Source of the DNA: Squalus acanthias
Taxonomy: Eukaryota
Direction of reading: 5' to 3'
Length of the DNA: 64,000 nucleotides
Assembly: GCA_030390025.1 (NCBI GenBank)
Contig: CM059431.1
Span: forward strand, 142,230,001 to 142,294,000
The notes under the pieces are model-generated. The model did no database searches. It was not told the DNA's origin and saw nothing but the letters and a program-made list of their open reading frames with translations. Positions 32,616 through 45,931 of the stretch are shown one piece after another. The stretch's first letter is position 1. Each line of letters starts with the position of its first letter. The position numbers and the translations under genes were made by a program.

Positions 32616-34418
32616 ATGGAACTGCCAACAATGGTACAGATAAAGAACATTTACTATCCTATTCTCGCAGCCTTTGGGGCTCCCGGTAAGTCAATGCATC
32701 CTGTTGCCTAATAGCTGTTGACTATCTCAGTGTTAATGTAACAAATTCCGAGAATGTCCTCATTGCAGAGTCATTTATTCACCGGGATCAGTTGCTGAAT
32801 ATCAGCGGGAATCGTATCTGTCCGCGCGGCCACTGAGGCGCTGTTCTGGTCGGTAGACCAGAGCTCAATCTTCCTCCCTATACTGAGGGAGGGCGAGGCT
32901 GATTCCCCGGCCCCTCCAACAGTACATCGATCATTAAAGAATGTGTTGCTCAGTGTCCATGGTAATCCTTTCATCTGTACCGTTGTTCCCTGTCTAGATT
33001 AATTTGATATTTCCTTGTACTGCAGCCACCTCCACCCATCAGAGGACTGTGAAAGATATTTGGAGCAATAATTGTCGCTCAGGGAGCTGCTCACCTCCCC
33101 TCGGCTGCAAAGAACCTTCGCGGCTCCACCACCTCCCGCTCTGTTACCGAGCAGCTCCCTCGGGGCCATTAGAAATAGAAAAAGCGCAGAGTTTCGACCT
33201 ACATCGAATGTTTGTGTCTCAGCTGAATGTATTATTTGAATTCATATCTTTCCAGTCATTGTTTGTAAATTATATTTAATACGTGACGATGTCTGACTGT
33301 AGGATGCTGGAAACAGCAGACATTCAGTCCCTCTATCGCCAGTGTTCAATGTTTTATCTCTTTTAAACAAATTGTCAAACGATCCGCTATTTTATAAAGA
33401 AATAATCAGTTTCTATGAAATTATGTCGGGACACTTCAGAACATTTCCCCACAATATGCTGTTAGATTTATCCGAGTGTCCCCGTTACTGACCTCTTGTC
33501 CCTCTTTCTCACAGCGAACCTACTGACAATCGTGATTCTCTCCAGAGGAAATTGCGGACTTTCCAATTGTATTTCTGTCTACATGGTGGCCATGGCAACA
33601 GCAGATCTACTGGTCATTGTCTTACATGTAATAGCGTATCAAACTTTCAGTTATCACTTTCCATATTCATTCCTGAACTACACTGCCGTTTGTAAGTTAA
33701 TTCTGTGTATGAATCCTGCTACCCTGGATATGTCGGTGTGGTTTACCGTCTCCTTCACATTTGATCGATTTGTAGCTATATGTTGTCAGAACTTTAAAAC
33801 AATGTATTGCACTGTGAGAGCTGCGGGCGCGTTTATAACAACGGTCTCTGTCCTGATCTGTTTAGAGAACATCCCCTTTTGGTTTGCATATGAAACTGAG
33901 CGAATAATTCACAACGTTCCCTGGGGTTGCCGCTACAGTGTGACCTTTTTTATTTCGCTTGCAGGTGTAGCATACTACTGGATAAAAAGTATTTTAGTTG
34001 CATGGCTTCCTTTTGCTTTGATATTACTGTTTAATTGTTTGACAGTCCGGCGCATTTTGGTGGCCAGTAGAGCCCGCAGGGCACTCCTGGGTCACAGCAG
34101 TGAGAATCAGAGCGATCTCGAGATGGAGAAACGAAGGAAATCCATCATTTTACTGTTCAGTGTATCGGCCAGTCTTATTGTGTTGTGGCTGACAGCTGTC
34201 GTTAGTTTTTAACTGCCAAACTGACAAACACGGCGCAGTATCGAGGCGATTATATATCCCCTGCATACATTGCCACAGAAACCGGATATATGCTCATGTA
34301 TTTGAGTTCCTGTACAAACACATGTATTTATACAGCTACACAAACTAAATTCAGGGAAGAGCTAAAGAACGTGGTGAAATCTCCTTGGACATTCATTCGT
34401 AATTTAGTTAAAAAATGA
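32616..34418 (+). CDS. Two-exon class A GPCR, GPR139/GPR142-like; frameshifted near 34210 (pseudogene or assembly error)
   Basis: Exon 1 32616-32685 (MELPTMVQIKNIYYPILAAFGAP, G|gtaagt). Exon 2 starts at 33515 (ANLLTIVILSRGNCGLS, MATADLL, FTFDRFVAICC, ENIPF, RRKSIILLF). Adding one T at 34206-34210 gives TM7 LSSCTNTCIY and helix 8 KFREEL, with stop TGA at 34416-34418. AATAAA at 34491. Confidence 0.88.
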
Positions 34419-37400
34419 AAAATTAAAGCAAACCTTCCTCACCGAACTGGAGCTCAATTCTACTACGATGAAAATGGATTGTTCTGTTTAAATAAATGTA
34501 AAAATAAACCAGCATTCCTGTTCAAACTAGAGTTTAATTACAGCCCGTGTCCCATTTTAAAACGGCCGTCTTTCTGTTACGACGGAAATGGATTGTTGTG
34601 AGAATGAACAGGTATCAGAAAATATTTCCTCCACTTTGTGCCGTGTGTTTGATGTCTGCTGCTTTCCCCGGGTGAACATAATCGATTCCCGTAAAACAGC
34701 GCCCTTCCCGCTCAAGCTTCAAAGAGAACAGTCAAGACTGAGCTTCAGCAGTGGAGTAGAACATGTGGGCGTCAGCGTTAACTGCCTCACAGCGCAGGTA
34801 CTGGAATGAAACGCTCAGTTTTATTAATAGCTAAAGTTTTCTTTAGTGTAGAAACAATGTGTTATAATGGAAGCTATCTGTAATTCTGTAATCTCGGTGT
34901 GAATGTTGCAGGCGCTGGCCTCCCCATCAGACTCCGCCCCCCATTGTCTCCTGGACCAATAGAACGGGGCCCTGTCTCCTGGCCAGTGTCTGATGATGGA
35001 GACAGTAGGAACTTGACTCGTCAATGTGACATTAGACATCTTTGTTCACAGATATTTACTTAAAATCTCAACTGGTCATCACAATGTTGGAACCAACCAG
35101 TCCTTGTCGGCGTTTACACTCCACCCGAGCAAATAGTTCCAATCCCATTACCCGCCCGACTCAACATCCCTTCTACCACTTTTTGTTCATTCATCTATCC
35201 AATTTGATATTGAATATTGACATAATTCCTGCCTCCGTGAAATCCACAGTCTCAGAACTCTCTGTGTAACGAGTTTTATCCAACACTCACTTAAATATCT
35301 CTGACATTTCTTTTATCTATGGTCGTTAGTTTTTAATCTCTCAGCTAATGGATCCGATTGCTTCTATCTTTTTAACTTAAATCCCCTGGGCACCATTCGC
35401 TAAAATATACTAGTCTGCTGTCAATGCACAATCTAGTGAAATTCAGGAAAATTTAGTTAAGATAGTTAATTGATAACTTTCGCTAACAGCTTGTTGTGAC
35501 CTTGCTTGTACTGAACAATGAGAAGAATGTATTTGATAGCTTGGTCACTCACTACCCGAAAAATTGTGACCATTCAGGGGGAGATTCTAAAGAAGCAACT
35601 CCAGATCGCCGATCGTTTGATGGATCTTGTACTGGATGATGTGTGTGGAGAAGTGACGTATTGTAGGTGAAGCAACCAGCATGTGATATGTATGATGAAA
35701 TGCCCCGGAGCACGGGTCCATGACATGGTCAGTTACGCTGACATCACCACTACATTAAATGGTTAATGTGGCTCCAGAGAGTGCGAACATGTGTAAAAAT
35801 AATAGGTAAAGATCTGCGCCATAGAATAGTTCGAGATAGAAATATGATGCTGTTAGGATGTTATTTTGTGATGGCCTTAAATACTCTAACGCCAAGAGAG
35901 GGGGTTCTATGAAGTAAGGGTCAGTCAGACTGTCCTGAATCTGCTAACGTTACACTGTATTGGTTCAAAATGTCAAACCCCACGTGGTTTCATTTCCCGT
36001 GGAGCCCGCGCTCTGCCAATCCGGTTGGCATCCAGCTTCAGAATGAAGTGGTGTTGAATTGCGGGCTGTTCTGTGTAATAGGCACATTCTCATTTAACTG
36101 GATTCAGACGGCCAACAGTATTTAAGTCACGAGTCAGGCAGCAGGCTGGGGTTTTAATACTATCAGTCAGCGATGCATCTGCACCCAGTTACAATCGTGA
36201 GAAGGCGATGTGTAATCAAACTCATCATCTAATATCAACATGTAAATTAGAGAGCAAAGGCATGAACAGGTTAAACATTACATTACCGTGTCAAATTCAG
36301 TCCCATGTGGTTGGGATTCTCCTGCCCCCTGTTCCTAATTCAACAGTGTCCGTGTTCCCTTAAATTCTCTATTACTCAGTACAGTCGCTGTGTTTTCCGG
36401 ATATTCCCGTGACGTAATTTTGTTATTAAACAGTTGCTGTCTTCCCTGTCACCTACTTGGACATACATTGCTGGTACGTTCCACGGGCCCCAGTTTCTAA
36501 TTACACAGTTACTGTGTTCCCCTAAATTCCCATCTTCTCTATTTCTAATTTAATAGTTACTGTGTTCCTGTAAACTCCCCTTTACTTTATTCTAATTAAA
36601 TTATTGCTGCATTCCTCAAAATGACCTTGTTCTCTATTTTTAATTAAACATTTACTGTGCTTCCTATAGTCCCCGTTATTCTACTAATAAGTAAGCAATT
36701 GTTGTATTCCCCTTAAGTCTCCTTTCTTCTATTTTAATTAAAGAGTTGTTGCATTCCCCTAATTTTACCTGTCCTGTAATTAAATTAAACACTTACTGTA
36801 TTGCCGTTAATTCCACTATTACCCATCGTGTAAGCTCATGTTGTCCACGAACACCACCTCCTGCTGCTTGAACCCCATTCCCACTAAACTGCTGACCATC
36901 CAGTTTCTCTTCCTCGCCCCAGGTTATCTGATATTGTGAACGGTTCCCTCTGCTCTAGTACTGTCCCCTCGCTTTCACATCTGCCGCCATCAGTCACTCC
37001 TGACAAATCCACCCTTGACTCCTCTGACTTTTGCAAGCTACCGCCCCATTCCATCATCATATTCCTTTCTAAATACTTGAAATTATTGTCGTCTCCTAAA
37101 TTTGTGTCCATCTATCCCGCAAGTCCCCTGCTTCAATCTATCCAATCAAGTTTCTTCCTTTGCACAGCACATGAAACGGCCCTTTACGAAGTCACAAATT
37201 ATATCCTCAGTGTCTGTGACCATGTTGCATTATTCATCTTCATTCTTCCCGTCTTTGACTCGGTTGACCACACTATACTTCTCCACGCCTCTCCTCCATT
37301 TTCCAGCTGTGTGGAACAGCCCACGCCTGGTTCGACTCTTACCTATGCAGTCTGAGCCAGAGAATAGCCTGCAATGGCTTATCCTCGCGCTCTCGCACCG

Positions 37401-37500
37401 TTACCTCTAACCCCAAAGGCTATACTCATTGATCCTTCTATTTCGCATATACATGCTGCTCCTTGGCGACATCAGCCGGAAACACAACATCAGATTCCAC

Positions 37501-38151
37501 CGCTTTGCGGAACACCTCCGTTCAGTCCGTAAGGGTGACCCCGAGCTTCCGGTCGCCTGTCATTTTAATTCACCGCTCCACTTCCACTCAGACCTCACCG
37601 TCCTCGGCCTCTTGCATTGTTCCATGGAAGCTCAGCGTAAGCTCGAGGAACAGCACCTCATCTTCCGATTAAGCACTTTACAACCTTCCGGACTCAATAT
37701 CGAGTTCAACAATTCCATATCATAACCTCTGCCCCGACCATATTTATATATTTTTTATCCACACTTTTGGTTTGTGCCTTTTCCTTTTTTTTTCCATCTC
37801 CCACATTGCAGCTGTCTTTCATTCTGCCAGCGCATTTCACACTTCATCTTGAGCCATCTATTGTTTCTTACCCTGTCCTATTACCATCTAGTCTCGCCTC
37901 GAATATCTCTTAATGTCTCTTTACTTCTCACTTACCTTCCCTTTTGTTCTTTTATTCCCTCCCCCAGCCTCCAATCTTGCTTTTTCATCTGTTTCATTTC
38001 TTGCTTATTTCTCAGTTCTGACGAAGGGTCTTCGACCTGAAATGTTAACTCTGTTTCTCTCTCCACGGATGTTGCCTGGCCTGCTGAGTATTTCCAGCGC
38101 TTTCTGTTGTCATTTCAGTTTTCCAGCAGCCGCAGTATTTTGCTATTGTTC
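37501..38151 (+). mobile_element. Penelope-like element 3' fragment (C-terminus of GIY-YIG endonuclease plus terminal repeat region)
   Basis: RFAEHLRSV...PVACHFNS...RKLEEQHLIFRLSTLQPSGLNIEF; flanked by direct repeat CAGATTCCAC at 37491-37500 and 38152-38161. Confidence 0.85.
38014..38050 (+). ncRNA. Minimal type I hammerhead ribozyme (Penelope-associated), possibly decayed
   Basis: AGUU-CUGACGA-A-GGGUC(UUC)GACCU-GAAA-UG-UU-AACU: core boxes, stem II hairpin and stem I AGUU/AACU. Confidence 0.65.
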
Positions 38152-38649
38152 CAGATTCCACGTGTATGCTAAAGACACACAACTCTACCTCACCACCAAC
38201 TCTCTTAACTCCTCCACTGTCTCTGTGTTGTCAAATAGCTTGTCTGCACTACATTCAAGGATGAGCAAAAATTTCCTCCTGTGTATCCTCCACATTCTTC
38301 GCCCCAACATTGGCAGCCGTGCCTTTAGTTGTATACGTTCTAAAAACCGAATTTGCCTCCCTGAAACTCTGCAATTCTCCTCTCCTTTAAGACTCTCCTT
38401 AAAACCTACCTCTGATCACGCTTTTGGTCACCTGCCCACCTGTCTCCTTCTTTGGGTCCTTAGCCCTTTTGTGTCTGATTACGCTCATTGGAAGCGCCTT
38501 GGGGCGTTTTATTAATTTAAATGCGGTATATAAATGAACGTTGCTGTAATAAGCAGGCCATGCTCCCCTGTCCCCTCAAACAGATGCATCTAGGTAGTTT
38601 GGTCCATTTATAATGAAGAGGTTGATGGGAGGAGGGACGTTGGGCTGCA

Positions 38650-40760
38650 GAGATCAATCTATCATAATGAGCAGAGCATCATAGTTAAGTTTCTGGTCAA
38701 TGGAGAACCCAAGGATATTGATGCTGGGGTATTCAGTGATGATAAAGTCGTTGAATGTCAAGGGGCGGTGATTAAAATCTCTCTTGTTGGAGATAGTGAT
38801 TGCCTGGCACTTGTGTGGCGCGAAAGTTACTTGCCGCTTATCAGCACAAGTCTTCAACGTTGTCCTGGGGCTGCGATGATTCATCTCCAACCCCCACAAC
38901 CATCTTCCTTTGTGGTAGGTATGATTCCAGCCAGTTGAGATTTTTCCCCTGATTGCCATTGGCTTCAGTTTTACTAGGGCTGCTTGAAGCCAAACCGGTC
39001 AAATGCTGTCTTGATGTCAAGGGCAGTCACTCTCACCTCTCCTCTGATTTTAGCTGTTTTGTCCATGTTTGGACCAAGGCTGTAATGAGGTCTGGAGCCC
39101 AGTGGACATGGCGGAACACAAACTGAGCATCGGTGAGCAGGTTATTGGTGAGTAAGTGCCACTTGACGACTTGACACCTTCCATCACTTTGCTGATGATT
39201 GCGCGTAGACTGATGGGGCGGTAATTGGCCAGGTTGGATTTGTACTGCTTTTTGTGGACAGGACATACCTGGGCAGTTTTTCACATTGTCGGATAGATAC
39301 CAGTGTTGAAGCTGTACCGGAACAGCTTGGCTAGAGGCGCGGCTAGTTCTGGAGCACAAGTCTTCAGCACGATAGCCGGAATTTTGTCGGGGACCATAGC
39401 TTTTGTTGTATCCAGAGCGCTCAGCCGTTTCTTGGTATCAAGTGATGGAATCGAATTGGCAGAAGACTAGCTTCTCTGATGGTGGCGACCTCAGGAGGAC
39501 GCCAAAATGGAACATCTACTCGGCACTTCTGGCTGATGATTTGTGCAAGCCTTGTCTTTTAGCCTCACGTTCTGGGCTCCGCCATCATTGAATATGAGGA
39601 TATTCATGGAACCTCCTCCTCCCGTTAGTTGTTTATTTTTACACCACCATTCACGACTAGATGTGGCAGGACTGAAGAGTTTTGATCTGATCCGTTGATT
39701 TTGGGATCGCTTAGCTCTGTCGAAAGCAGGCTGCTTCCAGTGTTTAGCATGCATGTAGTCCTGTGTTGAATCTTCCCAAGTTTGACAACTGATTTTTAGG
39801 TACACATGGTGGTTCTCCAGCAGGCTCTTTTGCACAACTTATTGAACGAGGGTTGGTCCCCTGGCTTGATGATAATGGTAGAATGAGGGAAATGCTGGGC
39901 ATGAGGTTACAGATTGTGATGGAATACAATTCTGCTGCAGCTAATTTCCCACAGCGCCTCATGGATGCCCAGTTTAGAGTTGCTAGATCTATTCCGGATT
40001 TCCCATTTAGCACGATGGTAGTGCCACACATTACGATGGAGGGTGTCCTCAGTGTGAAAACGGGACTTCGTCTCCATAATGACTGTGCGGTGGTCACTGC
40101 TACCACGGACAAATGCATCTGCGACTGGTAGATTGGTCAGGACGAGGTCATGTAGGGTTTTCCATGCTTCTCTCGCTATCTGCCGCAGGCCCAGTCTGGA
40201 AGCTATATCCTTCAGGACTCGGCCAGCTCGGTCAGTAGTGGTGCTACCGAGCCACTCTTGATGATGGACATTGAATACCGCCACCTAGTGTACATTCTGT
40301 GCCTTTGCTACTCTCAGTGCTTCTGCCAAGTGGTGTTCAACATGGAGGAGTACTGATTGATCAGCTGAGTGAGGGCGGTAGATTTTAATCAGCAGGCTGT
40401 TTAGCTTGCCCATGAGACTTCATGGGGTCCGGAGTCAATGTTGAGGACACCCAGGGCCACTCCTTCCCGATTGTATAGCCACCTCTGTTGGGTCTGTCCT
40501 GCCGGTGGAACAGGACATACCCAGGGATGGTGATGGAGGAGTCTGGGACATTGGGTGAAAGTTAAGATTCTGTGAGTATGACTTTGTCAGGCTGTTGCCT
40601 GACTAGTCTTTGAAACAGCTTCTCCCAATGTTGGCACAAATCCCCAGATGTTCCTGAGGAGGACTTTGCAGGGTCGACTGGGCTGTTGTTGTGTCCGTAG
40701 ACGGTGCGAAGCCGAGTGGCCCGTCCGGATTCATTCTTATTCATAGCGGTTTGTTGCAAC
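38650..40760 (-). mobile_element. Decayed non-LTR retrotransposon with APE endonuclease and RT (CR1/L2 group, distinct from the CR1 copies)
   Basis: FNVHHQEWLGSTTTDRAG, DLVLTNL, SDH, SSREWW, LLTDAQF..., WQVTFAPHKCQ-like peptides on the minus strand. Confidence 0.88.
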
Positions 40761-41156
40761 TGAGTGACTTGCTAGTCCATTTCAGAGGGCACTTAAAAGT
40801 CAAGCACGTTGCTGTGGGTCTGGAGTCATATATAGGCGAAACCAGGTAAGGACGGCAGATTTCATTCCCTCAAGGATATTATTGAATCAGATTTTTTTTA
40901 CGACAATCCGATAGTTTCACGGTCACCATTAATGTTACTAGCTTTTTATTTCAGACTTTTAGTTAATGAACTGATTTTAAATTCCTCAGCTACCGATCGT
41001 GGGATTTGAACTCTCGTCTCCAGATCATTATCACAGGCCTCTGGATTGCTAGCCCAATAACATAAACACTATACCAGCTTGCGCTCATGGCAGCCCCGAG
41101 TTAGAAATCGTATCATGTTAATGTCTCACTTTCCAAAGTCCTACTGCTGGTCAGTT

Positions 41157-41213
41157 TTAGCTCAGTTCCTGTTCAGAGACACATTGATAGAGGTACATCT
41201 CATAGAGCTGTGC
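41157..41213 (-). CDS. GTPase terminal exon (AQLYEMYLYQCVSEQELS*)
   Basis: gtttcag acceptor in phase 0; TAA stop at 41157-41159. Confidence 0.7.
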   Translation of the reverse strand, partial: AQLYEMYLYQCVSEQELS

Positions 41214-41440
41214 CTGAAACAAAGAAAGGAGTGTTCGCGTGTTAATAAAGGAAATTCAAGAATGAATTGCATCAAAAACTGGAATGTCTGGTGAAAGTAA
41301 TTGTCGAGAAACAGATATGCAAATACAGAAGGTAAATAGGGGGCCTCTAAAAGGCAAATGTAATGCAAATGTAGATTCAGAGAAGAAAATAGGTAGAGTT
41401 TTAGAATTAGAGAGAGGACAGGAAGACATGGAAAATTCAC

Positions 41441-41525
41441 CTTTTTCTCAACCACAACACATTGCACATAGTCACGGTTTGCTTCTAGTTTCTTTTTCTC
41501 CTTCCTCGATAGGGTAGTTTTGGTG
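41441..41525 (-). CDS. GTPase penultimate exon (TKTTLSRKEKKKLEANRDYVQCVVVEKK)
   Basis: tttttcag acceptor, AAG|gtgaat donor, basic stretch after the hydrophobic segment. Confidence 0.75.
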
Positions 41526-42080
41526 CTGAAAAATGGAGGAAGAAATTCAGCACAGCCCATGTGTGGATGAGCAGTTTCCTCGTCTCCTCAGTCACAATCT
41601 AGCGTTATTTTACATCTGGCAAACTGCACCTGCAGAAATCTTCCTCCATGGTTAAATACCTACCCCTCCACTGATAATAGTCTCCTTCAAACTCTCTCTC
41701 TCTCTCTCGCTGTATCTCTCTCTCTCTCTTTCTGCCTTTTTTTTTCCTGCCGCTCTCTTGGACTCCTCGCTCTCTTTTTCTGTCCCTGCCTTTCTTCTCT
41801 CTCTCTGCTTCTTTATATGTCTGTCCCATTGCTTCGCCTGTATTTCGCTTTAAGCCCCCTCTCTCTGTTTCTGTCTCTCCTTGTCTCTGTTTTTTTCTCT
41901 TAGGACTCGCTGTCTATTTGAGGATGTCTGTCTCTCTTTCTGACACTATCTAGCTTCCTTCATCTATTACTGCTTCTGTCCCTATATCTGACTCTTTCAG
42001 TCGTCCTAGTATTATCCCTTTACGTCACTTTCCCTTTGTTTTTGTTCCACTGCATCTTCCGCTGTCAGAGTAACATTTAC

Positions 42081-42193
42081 CTGGAGTAGCATTTTGAAAG
42101 GAACATCGAAACGAACATGAATCCGATCAGCTTAATCAGCGCCAGAACGTAACTGTCTCCGGTTAACCAGTTCCAGGTTGTAGATACACACCA
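42081..42193 (-). CDS. GTPase exon with second hydrophobic segment (YVLALIKLIGFMFVSMFL)
   Basis: Strong polypyrimidine tract plus ctag acceptor; AG|gtaaat donor. Confidence 0.72.
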
Positions 42194-42654
42194 CTAGCCA
42201 GAAGAGAAGAGGAGCAAAGTGTCACATTGAGCAGGTCTGTAATAAAGGGGGAGTAAAACTCTCCCATTGCAATCTTTGTAAATCACGTTTACGGTAACGT
42301 GTTACCACGGTCCATTGCAGGTCAGATTGAGCTTCTCTTGATAAAATAAAGCGCTGGACCCTATTACATGACAAGCACTTTCAGTTCTTGAGAAATCTAG
42401 AAGTAAGTCAAAGGCCGAACATCTGAGCTCAACATAGCTAAAAATGAGCATGTGAAGTGGACATTAAAGCAAATTTGAGTTCCAAGCTTAATTTGCAAGA
42501 TTGAAAATGACCGGAGAAGTGAAACAACCTCATTACTTCTATGAAATATATTAAATTCTTCTCGACCAACACCTCATTCTATGCCCAGAGAAAATGCTAG
42601 AATCTTATGTGCCAAAGCAAGACTAAGATCAGCTACACCTACCATCAATTACCA

Positions 42655-43400
42655 TCAGGTTAGGTACAGTAGGAGTTTGACACACAGTAAACCTCCCTCT
42701 ACACTGTCCCATTCAACACAGGGCAGGTACAGCATGGGTTAGATACAAACGAAAGCTCCCTCTACAATGTCCCATTTAATATTTCCAGGGCAGGCACGGC
42801 ACTGGTCAGATACAGAGCAGAACTCCCTCTACAATATCCCATCAAACGCACACATCAACTGCCGTCAGGATATAAACAGTAAGGGTTAGATAAAGCATGC
42901 GTCAGATACAGAGTAAAGCACCATCTATACTGTCCCATAAAACACGCCCAGGGTAGGTACAGCATAGGTTATATACGGAGTAAAGCTCTCCCTACACTGT
43001 TCCCATCAAACACTCCCAGGGAAGATGCAGCATGCGGCAGATACAGAATAAAACGCTCTGTACAATGCCCAATCAAATACTCACATCAACTAACATGAGG
43101 TAAAGTACAGTATGGGTTAGATAAAACATGCGTCAGATACAGAGTAAAGCTCCATCTTTACTGTTCCATTAAACACTCCCTGGGTAGGTACAGCACAGGT
43201 TAGATACAGTTTGAAGCTTTCGATACAATGTCCCATCAAAACCTCCCTGGGAAGGTATAGCACGGGTTAGATACAGAGTAAAGCTCTTTATTCACTCTTC
43301 CATAAAACACACCTAGGTTTGGGAGAATACGGGTTTGATACACAGTAAAGGTCCCTCTGTATTTTCTCCTCAAAGACTCACGGGGCAGGAACAGATCGGG
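42655..43400 (+). repeat. Degenerate satellite, ~67-bp unit GGGCAGGTACAGCACGGGTTAGATACAGAGTAAAGCTCCCTCTACACTGTCCCATCAAACACTCCCA, about 10 copies
   Basis: Directly visible. Confidence 0.88.
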
Positions 43401-43503
43401 ATATGGAATAGTGATGCATCTATGGAGTCCAATCAAACAAATAGACGCCTAACGCTGGCAGATATTCATTGGTGAGACTCAGGATATTAAAAGAGAGTCA
43501 TAC

Positions 43504-43675
43504 CGCCCAGATCAGCGAAATGTGGGACGAGTCCTCTCCCATTATATCGGCGAGGCTTTCTCTTGATGTGTTGGAAATGATGAAACTTGTCAGCAGTGAG
43601 AGTGGTGCCAGGGATGTCAAGGAGCTGAAGAACATCCGCTCGATCCAGGCTTTCCTGTTCTGAGATGCCTGTTCA
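43504..43675 (-). CDS. GTPase exon with first hydrophobic segment (MFFSSLTSLAPLSLLTSFII)
   Basis: tttcag acceptor, GCG|gtatga donor, open frame, phases fit. Confidence 0.72.
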
Positions 43676-43869
43676 CTGAAATGGAATCAGAATCATTGTC
43701 TTAAGTAACTGGTGGAAAACAGCTTCCACAAGTCCACCAAATCAGTGTAATAATGGAAACTCAGCACCGCAGGACACCAGGAATCAACAACAGTGATCCG
43801 AAGCTAGAGCATTTCTTAATATATGAGATCAGCTATCATTACCATACATTCATCTCAATTAGACTCCAT

Positions 43870-44035
43870 GGGGGTAATTTTAACTTTGCGCTCAGGTGCA
43901 AAATGGACGTTATTGAATTGGGCGCCATTTTATGCCACGTCCAAATTTTGCCTTTGATTGACTTCATGGAGTATATTGGGCGGATAATTCTATATCGTCC
44001 ATTTTACACCATCACACAATGTTATAATTACCCAC
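43870..44035. mobile_element. Palindromic MITE-like element
   Basis: GGGTAATTTTAAC...GTTATAATTACCC termini and internal inverted arms. Confidence 0.7.
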
Positions 44036-45019
44036 CACCGCATACTTTATTCCTGATCGGTCCTACCCTGTCTAACTAATTGTTTAATTTGGTATATGTA
44101 TAAAAGCCCTTACTATTTGTTGTTATGCAACCTGTTGTCAGCTTAATACCCCATTTTTTAACCTTCCACTCTCCCATTTGAAAACGCCATTAAACCTTTT
44201 ACATTCCACGTGATTATATTTATCATTATTAGCCCCAAACTTAATCAGACACCTTCATTTGGAGTTTCACATTGTGGTTAATTTTAACTCTGTGCGATAG
44301 TGTTAAATGGGTGATGTCCATTTAGCCGCCCGTTCGAATTTCCTTGCACTGGGAGTAATTCTGGTTGTGTGCCATGGTGTAAAACAGGTGATATTGAATC
44401 GGCAGCCGGTTTTACATCTCTCCCGAATAACTTTCATTGAAAGGAAAATTTCGTGAGGTTTATCACGAGCGGTCCAATCGATATCATCCGTTTTACATTA
44501 TTACCCAAAGTTAAAATGGCCAACATTCTGATGCGCCCCTTTCTCCAACATGTGGTGGTCACTATTTCCAATTTGCTCTCCTGCTCTCAATGCAGTTATT
44601 TACCCAACTCAAATGTTCAGAGCTCAAGCAAGCGATGTTTCTTTTCTTGTTGAATTGAAACATGCTGATCTGACAAGCAGTCCCGGATCCATTCAAAAAT
44701 GTTTTCTCCACTTTGACCACGCATATTCAGTTTATTCCTGTTTACCTTGGGATAGATAAAATCTCCCAATATGATTAAGCTTCTGTTCTTACATTATCCT
44801 TTGAATTGGCTGCAATTCTCCCCTTCTATCACATACGCTTAACGTTCTGTTATGTAGATCCAGAATTATACTTTGGCCCTTCCTAATCCTTAACCCTGTC
44901 CAAGTGAATCCTGTCTCATTGCAACGTCTGTGATGCCATTGTTTCCTAGCGCTATAATAGAATCATTCACTAACACTGCCACTCCAGAACCTTTTCCTGC
45001 TCCTTTCTCTCATGAAAGC

Positions 45020-45650
45020 AGCAGCAACTTGCCTTTATATAGCGCCTTTAACGTAGACAACGTCCCGAGGCGCTTTACAGGAGCGGAATCAGATAGAATT
45101 GACACGGAGCCGAAGAAGGATACATTAGGATACGTGATCAAAAGCTGAATGAAAGAGGTAGGTTTTAAGGATTGTATTATAGGAAGAGAGATTCGGAGAA
45201 GTAGAGAGGTTTTGGGAAGTATTTCCAGAGCTTAGGGCCTAGGCAGCTGAAGGCACCGCTACCAATGGTTGGGCGACGGAAGTGGAGGATGCACAAGAGG
45301 GCAGAGTTGGAGGAACGCAGAATCCTCAGACGGCTGTAGGGCTTTAGAAAGTTACAGAATATGGATTAGGGATGCCATGGAGAGATTTCAACAGGAGGAT
45401 GATAAATTTAAAATCGAAGTGTTGCTGAACAAGGGGGCAATATAGGTCAGCGCTCACAGGGGAGATGGGCGCACGGGACTTGGTGCAAGTTAAGATCGGG
45501 GCCGCAGAGTTTACTATGAGCTCAAGATTATGGATGGTGAAAGAAGGGAGAGCGGCCAGGAGAGCACTGGAATAGTCGAGTCCACTCTGGAGGTAACAAT
45601 AGCTGAATGAGGGTTTCAGCAGCAGATGGGCAGAGGCAAGGACGAAACCT
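45020..45650 (-). mobile_element. L2-type LINE 3' fragment
   Basis: LDYSSALLAALP...LELIVNSAAPILT...FDFK on the minus strand. Confidence 0.82.
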
Positions 45651-45931
45651 CGGATATTAAGTTCCAAGGCCGGTCCAAATCTAAGATATGTTCCCACTAC
45701 AGCAACATTCTATTCTCCATGATTATTATAGCTTCCAACTTCAACTCTGTTTAGAACTCTTTGTGCATCTACACACATAGCCTTCAATCCTGACTCAATG
45801 TTCCCTGTGCTGCTCGCTTCAATTCTCTTCCATGGAATATTATTCCAGGATCTCAGTTCACTTCGTATAAAACGGGTCATTCGATTTGTGTTCTTGCTCC
45901 TAACTCCCCGATTCTACCTTTCCTGCTTGGT

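Larger units (their letters stand above)
36850..38540 (+). mobile_element. Decayed L2-type LINE RT region split by a Penelope insertion
   Basis: HETAL.EVTN.I, FDSVDHTILL and RKHNIRFH before the insert; (RFH)VYAKDTQLYL after it. Confidence 0.8.
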
